A stretch of DNA of 46,708 nucleotides from an uncultured Spirochaetaceae bacterium (GTDB lineage Bacteria > Spirochaetota > Spirochaetia > DSM-27196 > PWMO01). The notes below the pieces were generated by a model, which was given only the letters and a program-made list of their open reading frames with translations, was not told where the DNA came from and did no database searches. This document shows, piece after piece, positions 17,149 through 26,282 of the stretch (the first letter of the stretch is position 1; the number at the start of each line of letters is the position of its first letter). The DNA lies in assembly GCA_964635245.1 (NCBI GenBank), contig CAZWNS010000003.1, positions 29,457 to 76,164 on the forward strand, read 5' to 3'. The translations under genes and the position numbers were made by a program.

Positions 17149-18954
17149 ATGGAGACACTGAGAAGAACCGTCACCTGCGGCGATCTACGTCGTTCCGACG
17201 CGGACCGCGAGGTGGTGCTCAACGGGTGGGTGCACCGCTCCCGCGACCACGGAGGCGTCCACTTCATCAATATGCGCGACCGCTACGGCATTACGCAGGT
17301 GGTGGTGGACGAGGACTCCGCGAAGGAGCTGCGCGACACCGCAAGCGAGCTCAAGCACGAGTACTGCATCGCCGTGCGCGGCACCGTGCGCGCCCGCCCG
17401 GACGACATGGTGAATGCCGAGATGCCGACCGGTGAGATCGAGGTCAAGGCGGAGGAGATCCGCGTGCTGTCGACCTCCCGCACCCTTCCCTTCATGGTTG
17501 ATGAGGCGAGCGAGGCGCGCGATGAGCTGCGGCAGAAGTACCGCTACCTCGACCTGCGATCCTTCGCGATGCAGCGAAAGATGCGCCTGCGACACGACGT
17601 GGCGTTCCGGGTGCGTGAGTACCTCTACAGTCGGGATTTCTACGAGATCGAGACACCGACGCTCATCAAATCCACCCCGGAGGGCGCACGCGACTTTCTC
17701 GTACCCTCGCGGCTGCATCAGGGAAAGTTTTACGCACTTCCGCAATCACCTCAGCTCTTCAAGCAGATCATCATGGTCTCGGGCTTCGACCGCTATTTTC
17801 AGCTTGCCCACTGCTTCCGCGACGAGGACGCCCGCGGCGACCGTCAGCCCGAGCACACCCAGATCGATATCGAAATGAGCTTCGTCAACAAGGACGACGT
17901 CTTCGAGGTCGTTGAGGGGATGCTCGCGCACGTGTTCGAGCACACCCTCGACGTGAAGGTCGAGACTCCCTTTCGCCGGATCTCCTACGCGGATGCGATG
18001 AACCGCTTCGGCACCGACAAGCCGGATCTGCGATTCGATCTCGAGCTCGCCGACTTCTCCGCGCGCGCGGCCGCGAGCGACTTCAAGGTCTTCAGGAGCG
18101 TTGTGGCCGAGGGCGGCGTGGTGAAGGCCCTGGTCGCCGAAGGCTGCGGAGAGTTCTCCCGTAAACAGATCGACGAGCTCGAGTCGGCGGCGAAGACCTA
18201 CGGCGCGAGGGGACTTGCGTGGACCAGGGTCACGGAAGCCGACGGCGCATCCGCCTTCGACGGGGGCATCGGCAAGTTCTTTGCCGAGGACGCCGCCGAC
18301 ATTGCCGGAGAGCTCGGAGCGAAACCGGGTGACCTCCTGCTCTTCGTGGCCGACGGCTGGAAGACCGCCTGCACCGCGCTCGGCGCGGTGCGGACCCGCC
18401 TCGGGCGGATCCGCGGGCTTGCCGACCCCGAGAGCTTTTCCTTCGCATGGATCGTCGACTTCCCGCTCTTCGAATGGAACGAGGAAGAGGGGAAATGGGA
18501 ACCCGCGCATCACATGTTCACCATGCCGCAGGAGCAGTTTCTCGACACGATGGAGCAGGACCCCGGCGCCGTCCTCGGCGATCTGTACGACCTCGTCTGC
18601 AACGGGCTCGAGCTCGCGTCGGGCTCGATCAGAATTCACGATCCGGCGCTGCAGGAACGCATCTTTTCCATCGTCGGGTTCTCCCGCGAGGAAGCGAAGC
18701 GGCGCTTCGGCTTTCTCCTCGAAGCCTTCGAGTACGGTCCGCCGCCGCACGGAGGCATCGCCCCGGGGCTCGACCGCCTGGTTATGCTCATGGCCGGTGA
18801 ACACACCATCCGTGAGGTCATCGCCTTTCCCAAAAACTCGGTGGGAATCTCACCGATGGACGATTCTCCCTCAGAGGTCGACCCCGAACAGCTCGACGAG
18901 CTCGGCCTCCGGCTCAAGCCCGAGGTAGCCGCAGAGCTCGATTCCAGGAAGTGA
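17149..18954 (+). CDS. aspS: aspartate--tRNA ligase
   Basis: RDHGG OB-fold, YRYLDLR, TPEGARDFLVP, LPQSPQLFKQ, FRDED, GAD insertion, PPHGGIAPGLDR. Confidence 0.97.
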   Translation: METLRRTVTCGDLRRSDADREVVLNGWVHRSRDHGGVHFINMRDRYGITQVVVDEDSAKELRDTASELKHEYCIAVRGTVRARPDDMVNAEMPTGEIEVKAEEIRVLSTSRTLPFMVDEASEARDELRQKYRYLDLRSFAMQRKMRLRHDVAFRVREYLYSRDFYEIETPTLIKSTPEGARDFLVPSRLHQGKFYALPQSPQLFKQIIMVSGFDRYFQLAHCFRDEDARGDRQPEHTQIDIEMSFVNKDDVFEVVEGMLAHVFEHTLDVKVETPFRRISYADAMNRFGTDKPDLRFDLELADFSARAAASDFKVFRSVVAEGGVVKALVAEGCGEFSRKQIDELESAAKTYGARGLAWTRVTEADGASAFDGGIGKFFAEDAADIAGELGAKPGDLLLFVADGWKTACTALGAVRTRLGRIRGLADPESFSFAWIVDFPLFEWNEEEGKWEPAHHMFTMPQEQFLDTMEQDPGAVLGDLYDLVCNGLELASGSIRIHDPALQERIFSIVGFSREEAKRRFGFLLEAFEYGPPPHGGIAPGLDRLVMLMAGEHTIREVIAFPKNSVGISPMDDSPSEVDPEQLDELGLRLKPEVAAELDSRK

Positions 18955-18962
18955 GGAACCTT

Positions 18963-20141
18963 ATGTTTCGTGTACAGACGTTCAACAACATCGCCCCCAG
19001 AGGTCTTGCCGTGTTCGACGACGGAGACTACCGCGTGGGCGACGAGCAGAGCGATCCGGATGCAATCCTCCTGCGGAGCCACAAACTCCACGACATGGAG
19101 TTCAATTCCAACCTCAAGGCAATCGCGCGCGCCGGCGCGGGCGTCAACAATATTCCGGTCGAAGAGTGCACCAATCGCGGTATCGTGGTGTTCAATACGC
19201 CCGGCGCCAACGCCAACAGCGTCAAGGAGCTCGTGCTCAGCGGGCTTCTCCTCTCCTCGCGGCGTATTCATCAGGGCCTCTCCTGGGTCGACGGCCTCGA
19301 CCCCGAAGCCGACGACGTGGCAAAGGTCGTCGAGAAGAAGAAGAGTGAGTTTGCAGGCCCGGAAATCTACGACAAGACCCTCGGCGTCATCGGTCTCGGT
19401 GCGATCGGCGTGCTCGTCTCCAACGCAGCGGCGGCGCTCGGCATGAACGTGGTCGGCTTCGATCCCTTCATCTCGGTGGAATCCGCGTGGGGCCTGTCAC
19501 GAGCCGTCCGCCGCGCGCGGAGCCTCGAGGCCCTGCTCGCTGAATCCGATTACGTAACCATCCACGTTCCGTTGAACGGCGATACCCGGAACTTCATCGA
19601 CCGGGAGAAGATCTTCGGCATGAAGAAGGGTGCCCGGCTGCTCAACTTCGCCCGCGGCGGACTCGTCGACAACAGCGCCCTTCTCGAGGCGATCGATCGG
19701 GATATCATCTCCTACTACGTGACCGATTTCCCCGAAGCGGAGATCATCGGCAACGATCGCGTCCTCGCCATTCCGCATCTCGGAGCCTCGACTCCCGAGG
19801 CGGAGGAAAACTGCGCGGTCATGGCGGCCCAACAGCTGCGCGAGTTTCTCGAGTACGGAAACGTGGTGAACTCGGTGAACTTCCCCGAGTGCCGGATGCC
19901 GGCCCGCAACTACGATCGGCTGCTTATTGCCAACCGCAACATCCCGAACATGGTCGGACAGGTGACGAAAATCCTCGCCGACGCGAAGATCAACATCCTC
20001 GATCTTGTGAATCACCACAAAGACGATGTCGCGTACAACATCATCGATGTTGACGGCAAGCTCAGTGAGGAGACCGTGCCGGCGATTCGGAACATAGAGG
20101 GCATCATCATGGTGCGTCACCTTGAGCTCGCCGGACGTTGA
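18963..20141 (+). CDS. serA: D-3-phosphoglycerate dehydrogenase family protein with C-terminal ACT domain
   Basis: ARAGAGVNNI, NTPGANANSVKE, GLGAIG, LNFARG, PHLGASTPEAEENCA, NRNIPNMVGQ; GAGGA RBS before ATG 18963. Confidence 0.85.
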   Translation: MFRVQTFNNIAPRGLAVFDDGDYRVGDEQSDPDAILLRSHKLHDMEFNSNLKAIARAGAGVNNIPVEECTNRGIVVFNTPGANANSVKELVLSGLLLSSRRIHQGLSWVDGLDPEADDVAKVVEKKKSEFAGPEIYDKTLGVIGLGAIGVLVSNAAAALGMNVVGFDPFISVESAWGLSRAVRRARSLEALLAESDYVTIHVPLNGDTRNFIDREKIFGMKKGARLLNFARGGLVDNSALLEAIDRDIISYYVTDFPEAEIIGNDRVLAIPHLGASTPEAEENCAVMAAQQLREFLEYGNVVNSVNFPECRMPARNYDRLLIANRNIPNMVGQVTKILADAKINILDLVNHHKDDVAYNIIDVDGKLSEETVPAIRNIEGIIMVRHLELAGR

Positions 20142-20187
20142 CGCCGGTCCGCCGAAGATGCATCTTCGAATTGTGAAAAGGACGTAT

Positions 20188-21216
20188 ATGAGACGCTATC
20201 TCACGATCGCCGCAACGGTTCTCTCGGCTGTGGTGATCTTCGCGGGCTGTGCCGGGGAATACGCGGACCTCGAGGACGGGTTATATGCCGAGCTCGAGAC
20301 GAGCAGGGGCCCGATCGTAATCGAGCTCTCCTACGAAGAGGCGCCGATGACGGTAACGAACTTCGTGGGTCTCTCCGAGGGGACCATCGAGTCCAGCGCA
20401 CCCGACGGGGAGCCCTTCTACGACGGGCTGTCCTTCCACCGCGTGGTCGAGGACTTCGTCGTGCAGACCGGCGATCCGAAGGGCGACGGTTCCGGCGGTC
20501 CCGGCTACCGCTTTCCCAACGAAATCCACGACTCCCTGTCCCACGGCTCCGCCGGCGTCGTGTCGATGGCAAACAGTGGCCCCGACACCAACGGCAGCCA
20601 GTTCTTCATTACCAGGAGCGCGGCCCCGTGGCTCGACGGCCGCTACTCGGTCTTCGGCGAGGTTGTCGAGGGTCAGGACGTCGTCGATTCGATTGAAGAG
20701 GGCGACACGCTCGAAACGGTGAAGATCATCCGCCGGGGCGACGCGGCAGCAGACTTCGAGACGGACCAGGCCGCCTTCGACAAGCGGCTCGCCGAGCTTC
20801 GCGAAGAACGCCGTGAGGGTCGGCGGCGTACGGTCGCCCAGCAGCTCTCCTACGTCGAGAGGAACTGGCCGGACGCGGAAGACGCCGGAGACGGCATGCG
20901 CTACATCGTCGAGGAGGAGGGCTCGGGCCCCTCTCCCGAAGCAGGCGACACGGTCGCCGTCCATTACACCGGCTACCTGCTCAACGGCATGCCCTTTGAA
21001 TCCACCCGTGAGCGGGAAGAACCCGTGGAGTTCATCCTCGGCGAAGAGAGCATCATCGAGGGTTGGGAGCGCACGCTGCTCGACATGCGCGTCGGCGGGA
21101 AGCGCAGGGCCATTATCCCGCCGAACCTCGCCTACGGCTCCCGCGGCGCCCGAGATATCATTCCGCCCAACTCCTTCATCGTGCTGGACGTCGAGCTCGT
21201 CGAAATCCGGGAGTAA
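20188..21216 (+). CDS. lipoprotein peptidyl-prolyl isomerase, cyclophilin + FKBP fusion
   Basis: Lipobox FAGC; FHRVVEDFVVQTGDP, SMANSGPDTNGSQFFIT (cyclophilin); VHYTGYL, IEGWE, IPPNLAYG, IPPNS (FKBP). Confidence 0.92.
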   Translation: MRRYLTIAATVLSAVVIFAGCAGEYADLEDGLYAELETSRGPIVIELSYEEAPMTVTNFVGLSEGTIESSAPDGEPFYDGLSFHRVVEDFVVQTGDPKGDGSGGPGYRFPNEIHDSLSHGSAGVVSMANSGPDTNGSQFFITRSAAPWLDGRYSVFGEVVEGQDVVDSIEEGDTLETVKIIRRGDAAADFETDQAAFDKRLAELREERREGRRRTVAQQLSYVERNWPDAEDAGDGMRYIVEEEGSGPSPEAGDTVAVHYTGYLLNGMPFESTREREEPVEFILGEESIIEGWERTLLDMRVGGKRRAIIPPNLAYGSRGARDIIPPNSFIVLDVELVEIRE

Positions 21217-21230
21217 CCGGTCCATCGCCC

Positions 21231-22622
21231 ATGGCGCGAAGCAAAACCGTCTATCGATGCACCTCCTGCGATCACCGGGAACCGAAGTGGCTCGGCCGCT
21301 GTCCGCAGTGCGGCGAGTGGAACACCCTCGTGGAGGAGCAGCGGGCGCCCGGCGGCCGCCGGGCGCAGAGCGCCGGCGACGGCGGCGCGGCGGGGGGCCG
21401 GGAGCGCGACCGGCGTGCCCGCGTCGAATCGATCGCCGGGGCCCCGACCGATGAGGCCCCGCGCCTCGAGACCGGGATAGGAGAGCTCGATCGCGTACTC
21501 GGCGGCGGGGTGGTGCCCGGGGCGTCGGTGCTGCTCGGGGGGGAGCCCGGCATCGGGAAGTCGACGCTCATGCTGCAGGCCGCCGCCGCGCTCGCCACCC
21601 GTCGGGTACTCTACGTCTCCGGCGAGGAATCGGCGCGGCAACTCCGCCTGCGCGCCGAGCGCCTCGGGGCGACCGCGGACATCGACCTCCTGTGCGACGG
21701 TGATACCGCCTCCATTACCCGGGCCCTCGATGAGCGCTCGCCGGAGCTCGTCGTGGTAGACTCCGTGCAGTCGATGCACTCCGCGGAGGCCGGGCCCTAT
21801 CCGGGCACCGTAAACCAGATCAAGTATTCGACGTACGAGATCCTCGACTGGGTTCGCGCCCACGACGCGGCGGTGTTCTTTGTTGCGCACGTGACGAAAG
21901 AGGGCTCCATCGCCGGCCCGAAGGTCATCGAGCACATGGTCGACACCGTGCTCTATTTCGAACACGCGGAGGAGCACCTGCGCGTGCTGCGCGCGAGCAA
22001 GAACCGCTTCGGCTCGACCGACGAGATCGGGCTCTTCGCCATGGAGGGACGGGGTTTGCGCGAGGTCACCGATCCTGCCTCCGTCTTTCTCGTGCAACGG
22101 GAGGGCTCGCTTCCCGCGGGGGTCGTGGTGGCTCCCGTCTACGAGGGAAGCCGCATCCTGCTCGTGGAGCTACAGGCACTGACCGTGCCGGCCAAAGGCG
22201 GGGTCTCACGGACCTTTTCCGACCGTATCGACTCACGCCGCATCTCACGGGTCGCCGCGGTCCTCGAGAAGCATCTCGGCGTCAGCTTCTCGGACCAGGA
22301 CATCTACGTGAACGTCGCCGGCGGCATCAGGATCGCAGAGGTGGGCGTGGAGCTCCCCCTTGCCCTCGCCCTCTATTCCGCGCGGACCGGGATGTCGGTG
22401 CCGACTGCGACCACGGTCACCGGCGAGATAAGCCTCGCCGGCGAGATTCGACCCGTCGCGCAGCTTCGCCGCCGGCTCCGCACCGCGCGTGAGATGGGCT
22501 ACGAGCGGCTCGTCGGGCCGCGACGGGTGCGAGAGGGGGAGGCGCCCGACGAGGGCTGGGTCCGCGTGGACACGGTGAGCGACTGCATCAAGGCGGTGTT
22601 CGGGGCCGGCGGACGGGGGTGA
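21231..22622 (+). CDS. radA: DNA repair protein RadA/Sms
   Basis: CTSC..KWLGRCPQCGEWNT zinc finger, GEPGIGKSTL, KNRFG, Lon-like C-terminus. Confidence 0.96.
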   Translation: MARSKTVYRCTSCDHREPKWLGRCPQCGEWNTLVEEQRAPGGRRAQSAGDGGAAGGRERDRRARVESIAGAPTDEAPRLETGIGELDRVLGGGVVPGASVLLGGEPGIGKSTLMLQAAAALATRRVLYVSGEESARQLRLRAERLGATADIDLLCDGDTASITRALDERSPELVVVDSVQSMHSAEAGPYPGTVNQIKYSTYEILDWVRAHDAAVFFVAHVTKEGSIAGPKVIEHMVDTVLYFEHAEEHLRVLRASKNRFGSTDEIGLFAMEGRGLREVTDPASVFLVQREGSLPAGVVVAPVYEGSRILLVELQALTVPAKGGVSRTFSDRIDSRRISRVAAVLEKHLGVSFSDQDIYVNVAGGIRIAEVGVELPLALALYSARTGMSVPTATTVTGEISLAGEIRPVAQLRRRLRTAREMGYERLVGPRRVREGEAPDEGWVRVDTVSDCIKAVFGAGGRG

Positions 22623-22636
22623 CGGCCGCGCCGCCC

Positions 22637-23833
22637 TCAGACACTCCCGGGAAACAGAAACGGAAACGCGACGAAGGTGCCGACGGCGCTTCCGATACTC
22701 GATAAGAAGAACACCAGCAGCACGTGGGTCACGCGGTTCCGGAAGAAGCCCCGCACCGAGAGGATGTCCTGCTGGAGGTTTTCGAAATCGAGGACCCGCG
22801 GTTTGCGCAGTACCGCTTCGAGCAAGCCGGTAACGATCCCCACGCCGATCGTCGGATTCATCGACGTAATCGGTGCTGCCACAAAGGAGGCGATGACGGT
22901 CGCGGGGTGGGCCAGCGCGATGAGCGCACCGATCGCCGAAAGCGTACCGTTCACGAGGACCCAGCGCATGAACAGCTCGAGGCCGCCCTGCCAGCCCGAC
23001 TGCACGAAACCCCAGCCGATAAGACCCAGGACGAGGGCCGGAATCACGTAGGGGAGGGCACGCGTTATCGCCTTCTTCGGCGGAATCGTCTCGAGCTCCT
23101 CGAGAGAGCGCGTGGACTCCTCACCCCGCTCCAGGCGATGGAGATGCTCCACGATTCCGTTCACGTGTCCCGCGCCGACGACGGCTACGATGTTGGTCTC
23201 CGCTTGCTCGAAGATGCGCGTTGCCAGGTACTGGTCGCGCTCGTCGATCAGGACGGCCTTTGCCGAGGGCAGGAAGTCCGCGAGCTCCTCCATCATCCCC
23301 TGCAGCGCGCTTTTCTGTTTGAGCTCCTCGATCTCCTCGCCGGATAGCTCCTCCCGCGTAAACAGGGAACTCAGCAAGGCGGCAAGCATCTTGTTCTTGC
23401 CCCACAGCCCGGTGTCGGCCCACGCGCGGCGCAGCGTCACCTGGATGTCGCGGTCACAGAGGGCGACCGGGATGTCGCGCGCTTCGGCGGCACGAACGGC
23501 CTCGCGCATCTCCTCGCCCGGCTTGATGCCGAGCTCCTCGCCGATGCGCCGCTGGAAGGACTGCAACACGAGGTTGCCGAGCAGCAGGAAGCCCTTGCGC
23601 TCTTTAATGACGCGGTAAATGTTGAGGTTCGACCAGTCCTGTCCCTCGGTCATTGCCTTGAACCGCGCCTGGTCGATTTCCACGCAGACCCGTTCGGGGG
23701 CGAGCTCGCGTATAGCCTCGGCGACGTCTTTCACGCTCTCCCGGGAGACGTGGGCGGTGCCGATGAGCGTAATGTGCTTACCGGCGACCTCGACGGTCGT
23801 CCGGGCGTCGTGTGTCTGCACTGATTCGTCCAC
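22637..23833 (-). CDS. TraB/PrgY/GumN-family protein with C-terminal membrane region
   Basis: IGTAHVS, VCVE, PGEEM, DRDI..TLRRAW, LIDERD, VVGAGH plus C-terminal TMs. Confidence 0.9.
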   Translation of the reverse strand: MDESVQTHDARTTVEVAGKHITLIGTAHVSRESVKDVAEAIRELAPERVCVEIDQARFKAMTEGQDWSNLNIYRVIKERKGFLLLGNLVLQSFQRRIGEELGIKPGEEMREAVRAAEARDIPVALCDRDIQVTLRRAWADTGLWGKNKMLAALLSSLFTREELSGEEIEELKQKSALQGMMEELADFLPSAKAVLIDERDQYLATRIFEQAETNIVAVVGAGHVNGIVEHLHRLERGEESTRSLEELETIPPKKAITRALPYVIPALVLGLIGWGFVQSGWQGGLELFMRWVLVNGTLSAIGALIALAHPATVIASFVAAPITSMNPTIGVGIVTGLLEAVLRKPRVLDFENLQQDILSVRGFFRNRVTHVLLVFFLSSIGSAVGTFVAFPFLFPGSV

Positions 23834-23840
23834 TGTAGAT

Positions 23841-24797
23841 TCAGCCCTTCCCCATTGCGGTCAGGAATCGCTTGCGCAGCACCTCTTCGCCGGGGAAGAG
23901 ATCTCGCGGTATGCTCCCGCCTCCCATGTGCACGTGGCCGCCGCCGGAACCGATGTCCTTGAGCGCCTTCTTTATGATGACGTCCGTGGGACGCGAATTG
24001 TCTTCACTTCGTACCGAGATCCGGTACTCCTCGCGCTCCGGCTCGAGCACGACCACGAAGTGAATCTCCCGAAGGCCGAGAAAGAAATCAGCCACGAGGG
24101 CCATGACCTCGGGTGTGCATTCCTTCGTAACGGGCACGAAGCAGAAGTCGTTCGCCACTATACACGCATTGATGGCTTCCCGAAAGACCGAGAGGTCCGC
24201 GAGGGAGAGCGAGTTCTTCAACAGCCTGCTTCCCGTCTGCCAGTCGCCGGCGAAGAACAGCGAGGAGAATGCCTCGAGGTCGACGGGAGCAACGCCGCGC
24301 GTCATGAAGGCCGTGTCCATCATCAGCCCGATAAGCAGCCCGGTCGCGACGTTCGGTTCCATCTCCGTTGTCGAGATCTTGTAGTACTCGTAGAGGATGG
24401 TCGAACAGGCGCCCACGTGCGGGCGAATGTCGAAGTACTTGCAGGTCGGCTCGGTCGGCGGAACGTGATGGTCGATGACGCCGACGACTTCGCCCGGCAC
24501 ACCGCGGATGTTTGTGTTCCCGACGAACCCGTCGACGATGATGATCTGCGTATCGTCGTCCAGTCCGGCCTGGCCGCAGGCAGTGATGGGAATTTCGAGG
24601 ATACGGATCATCTCGGCAAGTGATGCGCTCTGTATCTCGCCCCCGTAACAGAGCCTGGACGGAATGTGGTTGGCGGCGAGCAGGCGAGAGAGGGCGTACG
24701 CGGTACCGACCGCATCGTGATCGGGGAAGTCGTGAGCCTGGATCGCAACGTCACGCTCGGGGTCGATCTGCGCGATGAGCTCCTGTATGCCCTTCAT
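23841..24797 (-). CDS. DHH/DHHA1-family phosphoesterase
   Basis: HDFPDHDA, IIVD, IDHH, GLMMDT, SVRS, GGGH. Confidence 0.9.
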   Translation of the reverse strand: MKGIQELIAQIDPERDVAIQAHDFPDHDAVGTAYALSRLLAANHIPSRLCYGGEIQSASLAEMIRILEIPITACGQAGLDDDTQIIIVDGFVGNTNIRGVPGEVVGVIDHHVPPTEPTCKYFDIRPHVGACSTILYEYYKISTTEMEPNVATGLLIGLMMDTAFMTRGVAPVDLEAFSSLFFAGDWQTGSRLLKNSLSLADLSVFREAINACIVANDFCFVPVTKECTPEVMALVADFFLGLREIHFVVVLEPEREEYRISVRSEDNSRPTDVIIKKALKDIGSGGGHVHMGGGSIPRDLFPGEEVLRKRFLTAMGKG

Positions 24798-24800
24798 CGG

Positions 24801-26186
24801 CTAATCATTGCCTTCGAGCTTCCGCGCCGCGAGTCGCTTCTCGATCACCGCCGGACCTCCCTGGTCTTCCACCTCCACGTACATCGTGTGCGCCAGCCGT
24901 GTACGTCCCTGGAGCTCGTACAGTGCACCGAGGTGAAACATCAGTTGTGCCTTCAGGACGGCGTCGTCGCTTCGCTCGATCTTGCGCAGCAGCGAGCTGT
25001 CGCCCTGAGGGGTCAGGTAATAGCGCGCCATCTCATAGTACAACGTGTCACGCGGTATATCGCCGAGTACGGATTCGATGTAGTCCCGTGCGGCATCGTC
25101 ACGCCCCGCCTGCCGGTAGGCAAGCGCGGTCAGAAGCGGATAGTTGTAGCTCTCCGCCTCCCGCTCGAAGGCCTTTCGAAACATTTCCGCGGCGGTATCC
25201 CAGTCTTCCTGCATGAACGCGTACATCGCGTAGGGAGCGTATCCGGGGTGATAGTCCGGACGAAGTTCCAGAGCGCGCTTGTAGTCCCGGTATGCCGCCT
25301 CCCTGTCTTCGAGACTGTCCTCGACGCGGGCGCGCTCGACATAGCCCATGAACATCTCGGGCATCATCTCGATCGTCGTCGTGAAATCCTCATGCGCGCC
25401 CTCGAGCCTGCCGAGCTCGACCCGTACGCGGCCTCTGTCGAAGTAATTCCAGGGATAGTCCGGCGCGAGCTCGATGGCGCGGCTCAGGTCGTCTTCCGCT
25501 CCCTCGAGCTCGTACTCGGCGATGCGCGCGCGGCTGCGGTCGACGTAGGCGAAGGGATACTCCGGTTCCTGCTCGATGGCGCGACTCAGCGTTTCCTCAG
25601 CCTGTGCGGGCTCGTCGGTGCGCAGGTATACGTTTCCGAGACCGACCAGCGCGACGAAGTTTTCCTCGTCCGCGGCGAGTCCACGCTCGAAGGCCTCGCG
25701 CGCCCGGCTATAGCTCTCCTGCTCGAGATAGAGCTCACCGAGTGCCGCGTGCGCGGGTGCATGCCCCTCGTGCTGCGAGACGACCTGCTGCAGAAGAGAC
25801 TCCTTGCGGTCGTTCTCACCCTTCGCGCCGGCGATAAGCGATTTCTGGTAGAGGGCATCGGGGTGATCGGGGTTGTCGGCGAGAATCTCGTCGAGGACGC
25901 GTTCGGCGTCATCGAGTCGACCGGCAGAGATCATAAGGTTCGCAAGCAGCAGAGCGGTTTCGGGGCGATCAGGGTCGCGGAGTCGCGCCTCCTCGTAGGC
26001 GGCAATGGCCGCCTGCGGGTCGCCGGAAGAGACGGCGAGGCTGATGCTTTCGTAGGCATCAAGCTCGCCTTCCGCTTCCTCGGGGGGCGGCGCTTCCTCG
26101 GGCGAACGCTCCGGTCCGGTAGCACAGGAGGCCACAAGCAAAACGAGTACGGTAATCGTGAGTAGCCATCGGTGTCGTCGCTTCAT
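24801..26186 (-). CDS. TPR-repeat lipoprotein
   Basis: Signal peptide with lipobox LVASC; about 9 TPR-like units (e.g. RAIELAPDYPWNYFDRG). Confidence 0.88.
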   Translation of the reverse strand: MKRRHRWLLTITVLVLLVASCATGPERSPEEAPPPEEAEGELDAYESISLAVSSGDPQAAIAAYEEARLRDPDRPETALLLANLMISAGRLDDAERVLDEILADNPDHPDALYQKSLIAGAKGENDRKESLLQQVVSQHEGHAPAHAALGELYLEQESYSRAREAFERGLAADEENFVALVGLGNVYLRTDEPAQAEETLSRAIEQEPEYPFAYVDRSRARIAEYELEGAEDDLSRAIELAPDYPWNYFDRGRVRVELGRLEGAHEDFTTTIEMMPEMFMGYVERARVEDSLEDREAAYRDYKRALELRPDYHPGYAPYAMYAFMQEDWDTAAEMFRKAFEREAESYNYPLLTALAYRQAGRDDAARDYIESVLGDIPRDTLYYEMARYYLTPQGDSSLLRKIERSDDAVLKAQLMFHLGALYELQGRTRLAHTMYVEVEDQGGPAVIEKRLAARKLEGND

Positions 26187-26244
26187 TGGTACGTGTGCCC
26201 ATAATAGCGATACGTTCCGGACTTTGACAAGGACGCTGCCATTG

Positions 26245-26273
26245 TTGCATGGACCGGTGCCTGCTGCTACAAT
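26245..26273 (+). promoter_or_regulatory. sigma70-type promoter (extended -10)
   Basis: TTGCAT-N17-TACAAT with TG upstream, 9 nt before ATG 26283. Confidence 0.6.
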
Positions 26274-26282
26274 CCGCGCATA

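Noticed and set aside
17149-17420. AspRS as non-discriminating (RDHGG His)
   Set aside because: The second diagnostic position (Gly) appears to be Asp (RPDDMVN); this cannot be decided without the asnS/gatCAB inventory.
22637-23833. TraB-family gene as evidence of a conjugative element
   Set aside because: TraB/PrgY/GumN is a widespread chromosomal family unrelated to T4SS; no relaxase or VirB4 is present.
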